A program made the position numbers and the translations under genes. A stretch of 63,836 nt of DNA, filler included, from Perkinsus olseni (Eukaryota), in assembly GCA_013115125.1 (NCBI GenBank). It is 2 parts of 2 records of this genome, joined end to end, with 100 filler letters (N's around TTAATTAATTAA, not from the genome) between each part and the next. Parts side by side here need not be neighbours in the genome. Positions count along the whole stretch, not along the records: positions 1 to 31,872 come from JABANN010000409.1; 1 more part is not named here. The stretch is one strand, 5' to 3'. The first letter of the stretch is position 1. Each line of letters opens with the position of its first letter. The notes below the pieces were generated by a model. It saw only the letters and a program-made list of their open reading frames with translations, was not told the DNA's origin and ran no database searches. This document shows, piece after piece, positions 1 through 22,674 of the stretch.

Positions 1-592
1 GATTGTTGGTGAGCTGAGGGGTCCCATAGCTTGCAGCACTTATTTGCGTTCATCGTCCCTTAGCAGCTGTCCTCATGAAGACATTCCCACGCTAGCTGCC
101 ATTGAGAAATTGTTAGAATTGGGAGTGGTCAAAAATGAGCCTCCAATAGCCGTTAGTGTATCAATAGGTGTCTGGGTTGGCTGCCACAGATGTCGCTTTT
201 CTGTATACTGTCTCGTAGTCGTAGTCTTCGAAACACACTCAAACAACAGAATAGATGCGCAAGCCACTAGCAGGTATCGCGCGACCAGGAGGTTATTCCG
301 AATTGACGAGTATCTTTAGTGCCACCTCGGCTGTCGCATCATTCTCAGACTGAAGAATTGACTCTCGCTATAACCCAACTCCGACCGTCAATCATCGGAA
401 ACTCTCTCATCGAAACGCATGGTTAGCCAAGTCGTGTTCTTGCTGTACCGCGAAGGCTTGCTTTCAAACGCTGCCAGGCCTGGATTTTCGTCACCTTCCT
501 CAACTTCAACCTCCGCACGATGTGGGGCCGATGCTTCCGAGGCAAGCCGTAACTGGCATGGCGCTCCCCAAGGTATTGAAGAGAGATTATTC

Positions 593-3500
593 TCACCCTT
601 TAGGGCCGCGGGGATCGGCCACCTGGGTCCACCCTTTACCCGGTATATACCGGTAGCATCTGAAAGGTTTCACCTGGGAACTCTCGCAACAGCCCGTTGG
701 TGGCATACCGTCGGTTATGTCGGAAAAACGAGACGATTTTCCGCAGCCAGAATCGCTCTTCCCGGTTCTCCTCGAAGTACGAATCATCCCCATCCGCCTC
801 GGGTACAGTTGTGATCTGACCATCATGAAAGGTCCTGTCAACAGCATGACCGGGGCAACACTCACTCCCTCCTCTGACGCCTCCTCAACGGGTACAAGTG
901 CTGCATCATCATCCTCAGCTAGACGTGACTTGAATTCTTGAACTTTAGTGAATTGCATGAGCGTGGACGTATCCCGGTCCTTGGTCTCAGAGGCAGCCTT
1001 GTGCCGCCTCTCATCTGCTCCAATCGACCACTCTGCCCAGGACAGGTCGCACTCGCCGAAATTATGAATCGAACTAACCTTTCTCCTCAGCGTCGACCTC
1101 AACGGCATCTCTGTTCGTCGCTATGTTCCACTCAACCACCCTGCCATCATCTTCGGGCTCGCTTTCCCTCGGCAACTCCAAGCCGTGCTCTGCCCGTCTA
1201 CGTATCTAACATAAGCAGATTTCACCCACTTCTCACCCCACGATCGTACTTGGTTGAGCAGCGGCTCCGGTGGTCGACTACTCATCGATCTCGCTAATCG
1301 CTCGCTGCTACCTACAATAAAAGGCCATGCAGTCGTCCGGATGCTCATCATAGTAGCAGCGATAGTATGAGCCATAAGGGATCTGGCGGGGCTCTGCTAC
1401 GTGCTGCGGCATCCCTCTCCATCAGGACCGGGTCCATGTCCGCTGCCTTTGGAGACTTCCGATGCAGCATGATACGGCCGTGATGAAGAAGATGCTGATA
1501 TATCCACCTGATCCTCACCCTGCGACAGACCACCGTCCACTATCCACATACCGTTTAACGCTTGATGGTGGCAACAAGCGTGCATAGGTGTTCAGCTCAT
1601 AGGGCTTACTCACTACTGGCGGCAGGGGTCTGAGGAGGGGAGTCCAACAACGGCCATCGAGGAGACACTACCGTAGCCCTCCTCGATGCTGATACCGTAC
1701 AAAATCAAACACAGGAGGGTTCATCGACTCAGAGACCTGAAAACACCAACTGGAGCCCGAAGAAGAATCTAGCTCGTACTTCCTTGGCTATGTACTCCTT
1801 AGAGAACTGCCCGTACTTCCGTATATAGTCAAGCATGTAAGGCACTGATATCGTATTATAGCAACTGATGGAGGCAACGACTGAGAGGAGGAGGACGGCG
1901 CACTCGCGTTGCCACTACCGGTCAAACAACGCGCAGAGCTCCGGACCGTAGATGGAGCCGAAGAGTTCGCTCATGTCAATCATCAACTTGTTGTAGCTCT
2001 GAAGGTGGGAAACGCTCGACGGATGAAGATGCCGTCCTCGAACTCACAGCCGCCGACGCCTTGTCTCGGAATGTGGCTAGTCTGCTGGCAACCTTCAAGC
2101 ACTTCTCAGCGGGGAAGCGACGAACTAACGCGAACATGAAGAACCTGCCAAAAGATTTATTCTGGAATTTACGCTCAAGCGGCGCTCACTCGTGCATTTC
2201 CTCCATCGGCAGCCTGTCAACGTCCAACACTCTAACGCGTATCTAAGGTCGACCCTAGTCGATGGCAGATTCCGTCCAGTACTACCCGTGGTCTCTGCTC
2301 CGCCTTCTTGGCCTTCTCAAGCCAGTCCTTCCCTTCATGCCACCGCGAACCGTACCTAACCAGTACTAGATATTACCGCTACGCTCCGCCGTCGCAGGAC
2401 AGAGCGTGCTACCGTCCAGCCTGCACCAACTGGGTCTGCTCTATCACTGAGCTCTTCATAAATCGACGCCAGCGTCTCGTATTAGACATGCTCGTCTCGG
2501 CTGAACAGCACGGCACTTAGCTGGTCCCCGACCTTCGGGCCTACGGGCGGTGTAGGAGAGCCAGGTGCCCTTCGCTGGGTTCAACTTCATCATCTCCCGG
2601 AGGCCTCTGTCGTTCTCAATAAAGTCCTCCTCGGCCACCTCCTCGCCCTTAGTGGACGGCCTGTCTCTGCTCTCCACCACCGAGTCCGCCGATGACGACT
2701 CGGAACCTGCAGCACCATCCTCACCGGTGATAAATTCCATCGGGCTGACCGGGTGAGGGCTAGCTAACTGGACGCGTTTCAAGGAGCCATGCCAAACCTA
2801 CCCGCCACTCTGCACCACATCCGGACCTCGTCAATGGTGCCCAGGTCGTCATCGAGCTCTCCCTCCTGCTCCTCCATCGTCAATCCCTTCGCCCTTCTAT
2901 CGTCTATAAATACAGTCGATACTACTTCGACTAGCAGGAGGACACTAGTACCATCGCGCACTGCCGCCCTCGTCGAGGAGCACCGCAGACCTCTTCCAAC
3001 TAACAGACTTCCTGACACCTGCCGGCACCAGCGAGCAGCAGCACCTATTGCCATACTCGTACTGGAAGACGCCCCACGGAGTATATTTACCACTGCAGCA
3101 CAACACCGCTATATGAGTAATAGAACAGGAAGGGTGGTGGTTGCTAGTCAGCGCGATGGTGACTTAGAGCCCAGTTGGGTGGAACTGTAAGGTGTGCATG
3201 GGTCTCGTCAGCAGCAGCAGTTGCTCCCATACGAGAAACAATAACCCATGGATCGGGCGTCTACGGCCGCCCAAGAAAACAAAAACATGATGATACACAA
3301 AACAGACGGAGCGAAGCGTTGAGTACGATCACAGCACAAAACCGTACTCTCCCCTTTATTATTTATACTATAGGAACAACAATCGTTATGGCCATTCTTT
3401 TTCACTGACCGAGGAGTGGCCTCAGCATGAGGATGAGAAACACCCAGGAGGGGTTGAACATGACCAGAAGGAGCAGGAACAGACCGCCAACCTGAAGAGC

Positions 3501-3783
3501 GAGAAGCCGCACTACCGCATATTCACGCTGTGAAGCGTTATAATCATCGGAAGTCATGTGCCACGGCAGTGCGAAGAGATCCCTTAAGGAGGAAAGTATC
3601 CTCTCTCACCGCGAGTAGCCCGGCGGACGGCGTAGGACAGACACGCGTTGGAGCCTGAGGGATCCCTTTATATCCTATTACCATTCTAAACAGCTGCTTG
3701 AGCTGGTCCCAAGTCTCCCAGCTCACTGGGCTGCTGCGTACGTAAAGATCACCGTATTCACCAGGAACCGACTCGACGGGCAT
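593..3783 (-). CDS. Hypothetical multi-exon, probably multi-pass membrane protein (boundaries approximate; may be more than one gene)
   Basis: Chain of minus-strand coding-like segments between GT-AG introns, with hydrophobic stretches (VGGLFLLLLVMFNPSWVFLILML; VLCIIMFLFSWAA; AVLLLSVVASISC). No family recognised. Confidence 0.35.
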
Positions 3784-3899
3784 ACCCTGAAGTAACGAGA
3801 ACGGTAGAAAAGGACCTTTTTACGCGACCCTCAAGGGTGTCTTGTAAAGTCCCGCATGGAGCACTTGTACGGCGAGGAAGAAAACTCGGCTATTGATCG

Positions 3900-5583
3900 A
3901 TTCACGTGCTCAGGTGCTTCGATCAACAGGACAGGACACAGTATGAGTAAGTCACATATGAGCGCGAGAGTGCGGGTACCCTCTCCATTCCCTGAGACCA
4001 ACTTCCACCGGATTCTATCAGCATCTGTCCGAGCTGACACCAGCCAACGGAGCGCGTATCATTACCAGTGCTGATATTTGTATCACGCCCATAGTCCCAA
4101 TTACCGACCCCACACCGCTGACCCCGCTCCCTTCAATACTACCTTCCCTCTTATCCGAATCATTCCCTCCCATACACTCGGAGCCTTCACCGCTATCTCC
4201 CTACCATCCAGGCATCGTATCTTGTACCCTGCCCGACCCGTAATCAACTGAGCAGACATCACTGGACCCTCAGTCTAGCGATAGCATCGCCACCCCGCTG
4301 CTGTGGCCTTCCCTTCGGTAGTATTACCCACTCCATGAGGCTGAGCACGGCAAAGGTCACCAAATCTGCCTCTCCCGACCTCTCAAACGTATCATGGGGC
4401 TTCTCACGTATCACCAGATAAGAGACATCGTTGGCCGAGGAGGCGGTAGAAGCGAAACTGAACGAACAACTTGCCCAGTCACGTCGCGTCAAAGACGTAA
4501 CGGCGCAGTCCACCTTACACAGGCGACCCGACCCAACGCGGTTCAGCCCCCCTTCCTGATTTTATGGGTACTTTGAACCACGCCCCGCTCATTACCGAAT
4601 TTTCTTCCCGTCCTGACATCCCTTCGGTATTTGGATATTCGCTGTGTGTCCATTTATCTGCACCACACAACACTCTACTAAGGCTTTCCGCTCGACTCAG
4701 GCTCATAGGCAGCTGCCAGCCTACCGTCTCCCGTCGATTAGATCCCTGATAGATCTCTTCTAGGCTGACGTCAATCGGCACTACTGATGGCTGTTGCGGT
4801 CGGCGACCGAAATCAGGACCACCGAAACCACCCATACCCGGACCGCCAAATTGGAATGTCATACCACCCGGACCGAAACTCGTAAAATGGACCTTCCCAG
4901 GTCGGAATGACCAATGAACCGGATACGTTGCTATTACCCCTCCTCCCATCGGGCCTCCCATACCGCCCCCGACGCGACCTCCGAAGATATCATCCATATC
5001 AGCCCCTCCGAAGAACCTAACACGCGGACACTCGGCCTAACAGCAAGTCTGGTTCAGCAGACCTACGCTCGAAAGAGATCATTAGGGTCTATATGCTGGG
5101 CGCCGAAGCCTCCTGGACCCCCACCCGCCTGCATTTGAGGCCCATCAGATCCGTACCGGTCGTACCTACGCAGAATCTTCGATCTCGCCGAGAGTCATGG
5201 CAACCTTGGCACGATCGATCCATCAAGCGGCACACTCTATTAGCAAGCCGAAACGTTGAAAAGATGCCCAGTTCTGTGGACCATCCGCACTGAAACTGGC
5301 GTGCGACGATGAACCAAGCCGGGAAGGAGCCCGCGGAGGAGTATTCCTCTACTATGGAGAAAACTCTAGGAAATCCCGTGAACTACACTTCACGTTTTTG
5401 AGTATCCGAGAGGACCTCATAGGCCTCGCTGATATCCTTAAATTTCTCGTTAGCCTCCTCCAGATTGTCAGGATTCTTGTCCGGGTGCCACCGTATGGCC
5501 ATCTTCCGATACGCCTTCTTCAGCTCATCTTGGCTGGCCTCACGACTCACCCCTAGAATCGCATAGTAGTCTTTACCACCCAT
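3900..5583 (-). CDS. Hsp40/DnaJ co-chaperone, type II (J domain, G/F-rich region, C-terminal domain); 3' end approximate
   Basis: [38 protein letters not shown] (HPD motif), G/F linker [46 protein letters not shown]. Confidence 0.92.
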
Positions 5584-5921
5584 GCTCTTCAATGAACAAC
5601 AAACAAAACTGCATGCAAAATTTCCGATCCGACGGATTCCTCGTACGCCCGCGCTGATGAGATCACTATACCCCTCCAAGACGAAAAAATAGAAGATTCT
5701 CCTTTTTGGCTTTTTCTGGTCGAGCTTCAATAGTTGATATGTATTGAATTTGCGACTGGCGATGAATGTCACTGCGCCTTTGTAACCTGTGCGGAATATT
5801 CCTGTGAGCTGTCTCTATGAACGTGTGGACAGCACAGTTCAGCACAACCTCTAATAGTCGTCTAGATCACTGTATTTAGCACAGGTTTACGTGAGGCACG
5901 TGCGTGACCATGACCCTTTAT

Positions 5922-14828
<8,907 letters not shown>

Positions 14829-14990
14829 GCTACAAAACGGGTGGTGGCATACTGATAAAATACCCCGATAACAATAAGATGAGACTGAGCACAACAATCA
14901 GTAGAGGGCGGTAGTAGTAGCAGCTGCTAGTGTTATTATTAGTGTACGGAATACTACTGGCAATGGTACAACAAGTAACTGTGCAAGTGT

Positions 14991-15825
14991 TCACGTTGTA
15001 GTCTTAACGTTTGTGACGAGCATCGAGCTAAGATGCGCTTGGAGGAAGTCCAGCAGCTCTCTGCGACCCTGTCTAGTATCAGGCCAGGAGAGCACCTCAT
15101 TGATGGCGAGTCGAATAAGATTGCTATCGCCCACCGCCGGCATCATAGCCAGTATCCGGCACTTCACCTCAGGCCTGACCAGCGAACTTCACAGCGAACC
15201 CAAGCCCCCCCCCAGCCTACTGTGCTCCGTGTTTCCCCGCAAGCTTCCGTATGAGGGTGTATCGCTGTTCTGGTGTGAGACTACTCCCCACCAATGCCGC
15301 ATGGAACAAGCAGAGCGTCTTCGAAGAGGGCGGTTCGGCCGACTCTATAACGGCGTTGAAGTCGCACTCGAAGGCCTCCCCCTCTAGCATGGCCTCCCTT
15401 GCCGCCGGATACCGAGGAGGACCGCACTGCTGGTGCCACATCATACACGCCAGCGGTGCTGTGAGGTTCAACTGAATGGGGCCATAGAGGTAGACCGCTA
15501 TTATCCCCGGACTACTACTTTCCGACAGCATTCCTTCAGCGACTTGATCATCAGGCGGCACGCGTCCGGGGCCGGCTCGGCCAGCTCCAAGGCGGAGGAG
15601 TACAGGGCTCGTACCAGCAGCTGGACCTGACGGACCCAGGCTGAGCTGGCGACTCTCAAGGGGAGGGCTCACCTCATCGGTAGCTAGGATGACCAGGCAG
15701 CAGAGACCAGACAGCGCTCCATCGCCTCCCCTCCGCCCTGTCAGGTGCAGTGCACACTCCGATAACACCTAGAAAAACATCAACGACGCCCGTAAGCGCA
15801 AATGTAGCGCTGAGGGATGTCTCAT
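14991..15825 (-). CDS. Hypothetical protein (start approximate)
   Basis: Spliced coding-like exons (MLEGEAFECDFNAVIES.., RILAMMPAVGDSNLIRLAINEVL..) ending in TGA at 14991-14993. Confidence 0.4.
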
Positions 15826-16058
15826 TTCAATCGTCGAACAAGTTTTCTCAAGATTTACCGCCGCTCTCGCCCTACTGTGCGCTTGATTGAGCTCCTCCCC
15901 ACAGCTTACCAATGATAGCCGATTCCGCAACGGAATTTTATCCTCCGTGCCGCAAGAGTAGCAAAACCTCACCACAAGTTTTGATGCCGACACCAGGTCA
16001 TTACGGTCGAGGAGGGGAAGGATTCCTGCTATCGGGTCGCCTATCTCCCCGGGAGGGC

Positions 16059-17000
16059 CTAACAAACCAAGATACCCCGAACAGAATATAGAAAGCACCC
16101 ACTCTTCTCCTCCACAGTCTCCTTGTGTTTGTGTTTTTTCTTCTTGCTCTTCCCCTCCTTTTTCTTATCACCGCCCTCCTTCCGCTTCCTCTTCTTCGCC
16201 TTAATCTCGTCCTTGGCCGCGATCTCCTTCCCATCTCGGCTGCTAGTGCTATCCCGCAGAGTCGTCGTTGGTAATAAAGCCTCCACATCCAGGTGCGGAG
16301 ACGGTACGACCGAGCTCGCCGACCTCTCGTGGCTCTGAACGTCCATCAACCGGCTCTCCAAGGCTTGACATCTCTCCCTTTCAGCCTGACAAGGAGCTCA
16401 CTTTCCCTCGACAGGCGCCTTCACGACCTACGTCCAGGGCCTCTCGCAGCTCAGCCGTCTCGTCCAGTTCACTCATTCCCAAGGCTCCAGAGTCGGTTCG
16501 GTTGAGCCCTCTCCCCGCTGCCACTGCCTCCTCCTCGGCCTCCTGCTGCTTCCTAAAGGCCTCCAATTCCAGCCGCATCTGCACCGTCTCGGCTTGTAGG
16601 TCATCATACCTACCATAGAGCCGCCACTCAGTCTCGAATATGCTCCAAGCCACACTACACAGCGGCAAGGATCAAAGGGGCCAAAGGAGGAGGCATGAGC
16701 CAGCACTACGCGTCCACAGATTCAATCTGATCACAAGGGCGAGTCCACGCTAGCCCCCACTCACGGCCATTCCGGCTACAGTACCCAGCAGGTTCCCATT
16801 GGAGCTCTCGGGAGGCGTGCAGTGAGGCGATCGCGGAGTCGAACCCGTCCCTCTTGTTACGCTTTCTGCAGCCTGCCCTGCTCCTCCTCGGCCTTCTTCC
16901 GATCCACCGTCTGCAAAGTCAAGTTAAGTTCCTTTTGCTTCCGCAGCTCCTCCTTCAGGTTGGACAACTTCTGCCTTAAAAATGCCGACTCGCCAGTCAT
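16059..17000 (-). CDS. Hypothetical coiled-coil protein with Lys-rich C-terminus
   Basis: ATG at 17000 (MTGESAFLRQKLSNLKEELRKQKEL..), heptad-like exons, and a KKRKRKEGGDKKKEGKSKKKKHKH tail. Confidence 0.5.
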
Positions 17001-17339
17001 CGATTAGCAAAAGCCACAACCGAAGCTATGACACCGAGCTGCCACCACCAGACCACCAGATCTAAATTCACCTTGCGGGGGATCTCCTCTCTAATACACC
17101 CATATTGCACCTCACAGGCACCAGCAGGAAATTACAACCGTGGGAGCATTCGCGCCTCAACCCAATACCGACAACCAAGCCGTGGGAAACCCATTAAAGT
17201 GTCATCAGACAATCGTAAGAGTAGTCAGGCCCTAACAACCCGACTGCTCGAATTAACAACGTCAGCTCCGTGGTCGCAGCAACTTCGAGGCGACTCGACA
17301 CAAGGCTGGCCATTCGTGGACAGAGCCTCCTCTAGATCC

Positions 17340-19526
17340 TCTCGCTGCACTCGACCGGCACCACAGCTGAACGGAGGCTCTCCCCTCCACAGCCCCCATA
17401 GGCCCTACTCACCATCGATGAGCCAACCATCGAACACCCGCTACGACGATCCATAGCCCGTAGCCGATTGCGAAGCCCCAGCCTGTTGAGCCACTGGCAA
17501 CACAGGCAGCTGCTGTCATGAACAACAACCATGACGCCAGGGAGGGATCTGGCAGGCGAAAACGAGTAGCTCGTGAGAGCCAAGCCGGCCAACAGTAGTA
17601 CCTTGCAGTTCTAGTGAGAGATTTCCTGTTTCCTTCAGGGCCTGCACTCCCAGCTCAGCAGCCGCTATGCAGAGCATCGGCCCTAGGACTGCTCCAGGGT
17701 AGAGATGAAGGATATGCAGCAGTTGAGGACCGAATATGAGCCCGATGATCAACTTGAGGAGGCCTGACAAGAGACCCTGGCAGGACGGCCTCATGAGATC
17801 GCGCCAATAGAGACCGCCGGCGCAAGGGCCCCGGGAAGCGAGGGTGTTCCCCCCACCCAGCATGACAACACTGGTCCCTGTCCTCGCTCCGAACCTATAC
17901 TGAGCCGCCAGTCCGCCACAACCATGACAGCAGGGCATAGCACCAAACCAGCAGCCCAATAGATTCATCGCACCTGAGTAGACTATCAGTCCGCCGCAGC
18001 CCGTGGGGGTACTGCGGTCTCACCAACGCTAACAGCCATGTGCTTTGTACTGCCTCCTCTACAGTCATCGCCGAAGAGCTCCCTAGCCAACGCACATACC
18101 GATATCACCGAGTTCAGCAGCGTCAGAGGGAGCTGAGGTAATCCACCGTTCAAGATACCTGGCCGAGGAGAGACCCTCGAAGGCACTCCGTCTAACGGTC
18201 GCATTGCTCCAACCAAAAAGGTGAGAGGCGATTCGGTGGTGTTTGATACGGCAATTTCGTATATGATAATAACAAATTGCGCGGGGTTGGCGCGACAGCC
18301 GGAAACGCCCTTTGTACAGAAAGACGTGGTGATCGTACTACGTACAGCATGAGGTATGAGGAGAGCTTCAATCGCGAGCGTTGCTCAAGCCCTCTCCGGA
18401 ATGGAGCCCTTCCCCACACCAACATTACTACCGTCCAGCCAGTCCTGCGCAGTTATAGTGACAAGTGAAACACTAGGGCCGAACTCATCGACTGGAATCT
18501 CCGACCAATGGCAGGCGATGACGATGATAAGACCCAGCAAGAAGACGATCAACGCTGCTGGAGGGGGGAGCCGCAGGGGTGGCGACAAATTCAATAAAAT
18601 CAATAATAGCACCTGCGGGAATCGAACCATAGACCTCGCGGAGGGTTCGCCCAACCATGCCTCGTGTTCAGAGATCCACAGTAATTTGCGATATCACCCC
18701 CGCGCCGCCCAAGCACGATAATCACCAGGAGACAGGCCCAACACCTGTCCCCGTCTCCACCTGGCGCCCTCTGCAAGCCCCGACGATTCCACTAAGAATG
18801 AAGGCTCACCGAGATGAGTAGAGCCAGTGTAAAACTGTCCACCTGCTCGAATGGGTTCCAAACCAGCGACCCGTCTACGTCCCGCACCAATAAGGACCTG
18901 TGGCAGGCCTAGGCCCAGCGAGGCTAGAGCTACTCTACTCACGTATAGCCCTTCTTGAAGAGGGACACCGCCAAACCCAGCTGTATGCCCCGTACGATGG
19001 ACATGGGAATAATGTACTCCAATAGAGTGGTCAGACTGAGCAGCACGTTCTCATGAGACTCGTCGTATCAACCACGTCCGCCAGCCTACTTCAACAATCC
19101 AAGTACCAAGACTACTGCAGACACGAAGATTCCAGCTGCAGCTACGGCGCCCAATGTCAACTGAAAGACCAAATCCTGGCAGCGCTCAGACAGGAACAAG
19201 CTACCCCTTGAGCGATGGCCGCCGCCGCGATCGTCTTCATTGGCTGGACCGGTATAGGGGCATCGAACAGGACGCCAGAGGCCACGTTGTAGATCCCCGT
19301 GAATATAAGGATAGTACTGAAGTCGAGGCCTGAGCAAAAGGACGGCTACTCCTGAGCAACACGATGTACTATTACCACCTGCAGTGACGGACATGCCGAC
19401 AGCTAGAGGGATGAAGGTACCGAGGTCGCCGAGGGATCCGCTAAACTCCACTAGGGTGGCCTCCTCCCAATGCCGCTTGAAGCGCCGTGTCAGTGCTGGT
19501 CGCCATCGACCACACCGGAGAACCAT
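17340..19526 (-). CDS. MOT1: Molybdate transporter, MOT1 family (3' end approximate)
   Basis: EFSGSLGDLGTFIPL, PIPVQPMKTIAA, GGLPQLPLTLLNSVISVCALARELF, MNLLGCWFGAMPCCHGCGGLAAQYRFGARTG, which are MOT1-family signatures. Confidence 0.88.
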
Positions 19527-19875
19527 CAGACAAAAATTATACTAACAACAGCGACATTTGATTGTTCATCCGGTGCCACTCAAGCACCCGAGTCTTCCCT
19601 CCTCCCCACGCACTGAGTTCCACAGAGGCCATGCAAACAAATGCACGTGTATGATGCTCGAAAAGCACAGAATTTCCGGACGATATGGCCAGCCGCTCGA
19701 GACGGAAATTTCCATCCATTGCGACCGCTTCGCGTCCCCGCACTCGCTGCTCTCCCAGCGATGTCAGCTCCCCAACGACCTAGTTCCTTACCGACTCTTC
19801 ACGGTGACCACCATCACACCGGTCGATCAAAAGACAGTCGGCGAGTATACGGACTGCAGGTACGTGACGCAAAAA

Positions 19876-20700
19876 TGACCATCCTTCCACAGCCAGCTCC
19901 AGCCGCCTCGACTAAATCCGATCGACCGAAGTGAATGCCCCTCACGCGTGCCACTGCTCAGACCCGCTCAGTTCTATTGACCTTCATCTTGGCCGCCGCA
20001 TTAGCATACCTCTACTACATGGACTGCAACCTGAGGAAAGAATGGGAGCATACGAAGATAGGCCGAAAGATGTCACTCACGGACCTGCGCAACGAGAGGG
20101 GCATTTTGGAGGCCAGGGTGGGCAAATTGCAGACATCTCACAGAGTAAGTCATTCACCATCGCGATAGGGACCGCGACTGACTGACGAGGTCCCTGGTTC
20201 GACCCTTGGTGAGTGCACTCGAATGTAAAGACCCTCAGCAACCTCCCTCCATTTGGACATATACTGTACTTACATTTACAATTTGTACATCATGATAAAA
20301 GGTATATATATCTAGTATTAATAGTTACCACATTTCCTACAAATTCTATGCATAGAGGGCCTGTTACAGTGATATACATCATATGTAGGCCCCCGTTTTC
20401 ACCAAGGGACTCGCCTTCAGTTCAGCTCGCCGAAGAAGGAAGCCATCATCTCTGTTGCTCAGATCCAACGTCGGCGGGTGACCGATCTGTCTTACAAGCT
20501 CGAGGTGATGCCCGAGCACAACGAGAAAAGCCTGGCCAAGCAGCGGGCCCGACTGGCCAAGGTGGAGGACGAGATCAACTTGTGGAAGAGATGAGGGATG
20601 CCGCCTACATTCATGAGGCACCCCAAGATGCCTAAGTGCTGCACACTTACACTCGGCGCCTCGAGTTGAAGTTCCCTCCAATTCTAACTCGGTAGCAGCA
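19876..20700 (+). CDS. Small hypothetical protein with one TM helix and a coiled coil
   Basis: VLLTFILAAALAYLYY followed by LRNERGILEARVGKL; later exon LTDLSYKLEVMPEHNEKSLAK. Confidence 0.4.
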
Positions 20701-20858
20701 ACCACGATAGCTGGACCGAGGCTGCCAGTAGCAGCACTGGCTCGTCATTATAAACCACGGAGACACTCGGGAGGAGCGCCGCAACGCCAACACGTCGGTG
20801 GAGTTACTCCGTGACTAAGAAACATTTGTTAGCGTAACATGGCCATGGCTCATCATCA

Positions 20859-22579
20859 TCATATAGGTCCCCGTCGCCTCAGCAACTCGCATACTTCACT
20901 AGGTGTCAGATCCGACTTACCCCTAAGACCTCCCGCCTTGCCCGGCAGGTGGTCGTGTGTGGACACGGCCATCATACAGAGCATCGAGGCGAGGACCAAT
21001 GCAGCTGGAAGGAACCCATGATTGAAGTTGACTACCTGTACTGCTACCCATAAGGAAGGCCACAGTCGACTGTCTCCCGGACTCTTGGAGCCTCTTGACC
21101 ACTATCCGACTGCCCATCCACGCTCCACTGAAGCTGAGCAGCCACACTGCAACCGACGGCAACGGGCAAAGGCGACCGAGAAGGGCAAACTGGAATGATG
21201 TGCCTGATAGAGGCCCCTACTAAGCCGACGTGGATGGATACACCCACTGCTAGAGGTGAAGAGTATCATCCATATGCTAGTAGCAGTAGCAGCTTGAGGA
21301 GCCATGCCAAGCTGGAGTAATAGTGGACCCTGAGGAGAAGAGGCTATAGCGTGCCAGAGGAGGCCTCACCTTTATGAGACCACCCCCAATGCCGAGGCAG
21401 CCAGCACAGACACCAGCAAAGCAGCTGAGGAGGGGGTAGATGATTGTGTTAGCTCTAGTGAAGGCCACACTCAAGCGAGGCAGTCCTGTGTCATCCCGGA
21501 GTTGCCTGACGACCACGCTGATACGCGTGGACCTTGACAGAGAGACCTACTGTCGCTGCAGGAGCCTCCCACGGACAACGACGGTTACAAGGATACACAG
21601 ACCGATCACAGTGCAAATCATAGCCTGAGAAAAGCGGACCTGATTGGCTGTGATCCAGGGTGATCGCGGGGAAACTTGCCTTCTGGGCAGTACCACCGCA
21701 AAAGAGCTCCGCGGGCCCCTCAGCAAGATACAGGAGGGCACCTATAAAGACGACCACGAATGGTGTTCTTGCTACAGCTGATACCACTACCATTAGCGAG
21801 CCACACAAGACATAGAGCCCAAGCCTTGACAGGCTGCAGATTGGCCTCTTCCCGCAGAATTCTCCCCGCCTTGTCGGTATCAAGACCCAAGACGCTTGTA
21901 GCCTGAGTTCACCAGGTCCTCGGACGGAGGACCCCATAAACAGCATCACTTGAGAAGGGTAAGCAGCGACCGGTAGTAAGAGCCTCATCTCGGTTCCACT
22001 GGCACCGCTTCCGATGGTACCATCCTCCTCAGAACGACGGTGCTGCACTGCCTTCCGCAACCTACAGACAACGCTCGTTAAAGCTCCGGAGATATCTGCC
22101 TCACGTCAAGGCTGCTGTGATAGACAATACCAATACAAGACAGGAGAGGATCCCCATACTGGTCATAACTACATTGAGGTAGACCCCCAGCATGGTACCC
22201 ACAAGAGTGACCGGCTCGAGTAAGAGACCAACGTCGAGGTCTATGAGGGGCTGCATGAGCACCAGGCTACGGATCCGAAGCCACCCACAAAGCAGCCAGC
22301 ACCTGGTCGTGGCAAGGATGCCTCTGGCGCAAGTTAAATAGGGTCGCACTGACTGCTACACCATTGATGGCAACCTTCGACAGAGGGACCGCCCAATGGG
22401 CATCTCCCATCAGAGCCACGAAGGCTGGCATGTATAGTGCTCCTGAAAAGAATGGACGAGGAGAGCACGCCAGATCCTCTACCTCCCCCTATGCCGCCTC
22501 CGACTGCCACAGCAGCGCAACCGAAAGCGGAAGCACCAGCCAGAAATACACCAGTCCAGTCAGTCGTGACGATGGACAT
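20859..22579 (-). CDS. TauE/SafE (TSUP) family sulfite-exporter-like membrane protein (ends approximate)
   Basis: AVAVGGGIGGG, PLIDLDVGLLLEPVTLVGTMLGVYLNV, FAGVCAGCLGIGGGLIKGPLLL..GMAPQAATATSIWMILFTSSS. Confidence 0.85.
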
Positions 22580-22674
22580 CAGGACATAGAGCTGTTGATG
22601 CTTCCCCTCTATGCAAACTCGGACCCAACGGTAGGGCACAGAAAACAAACTGGTACATCCAAGTCAAGCAAGGC

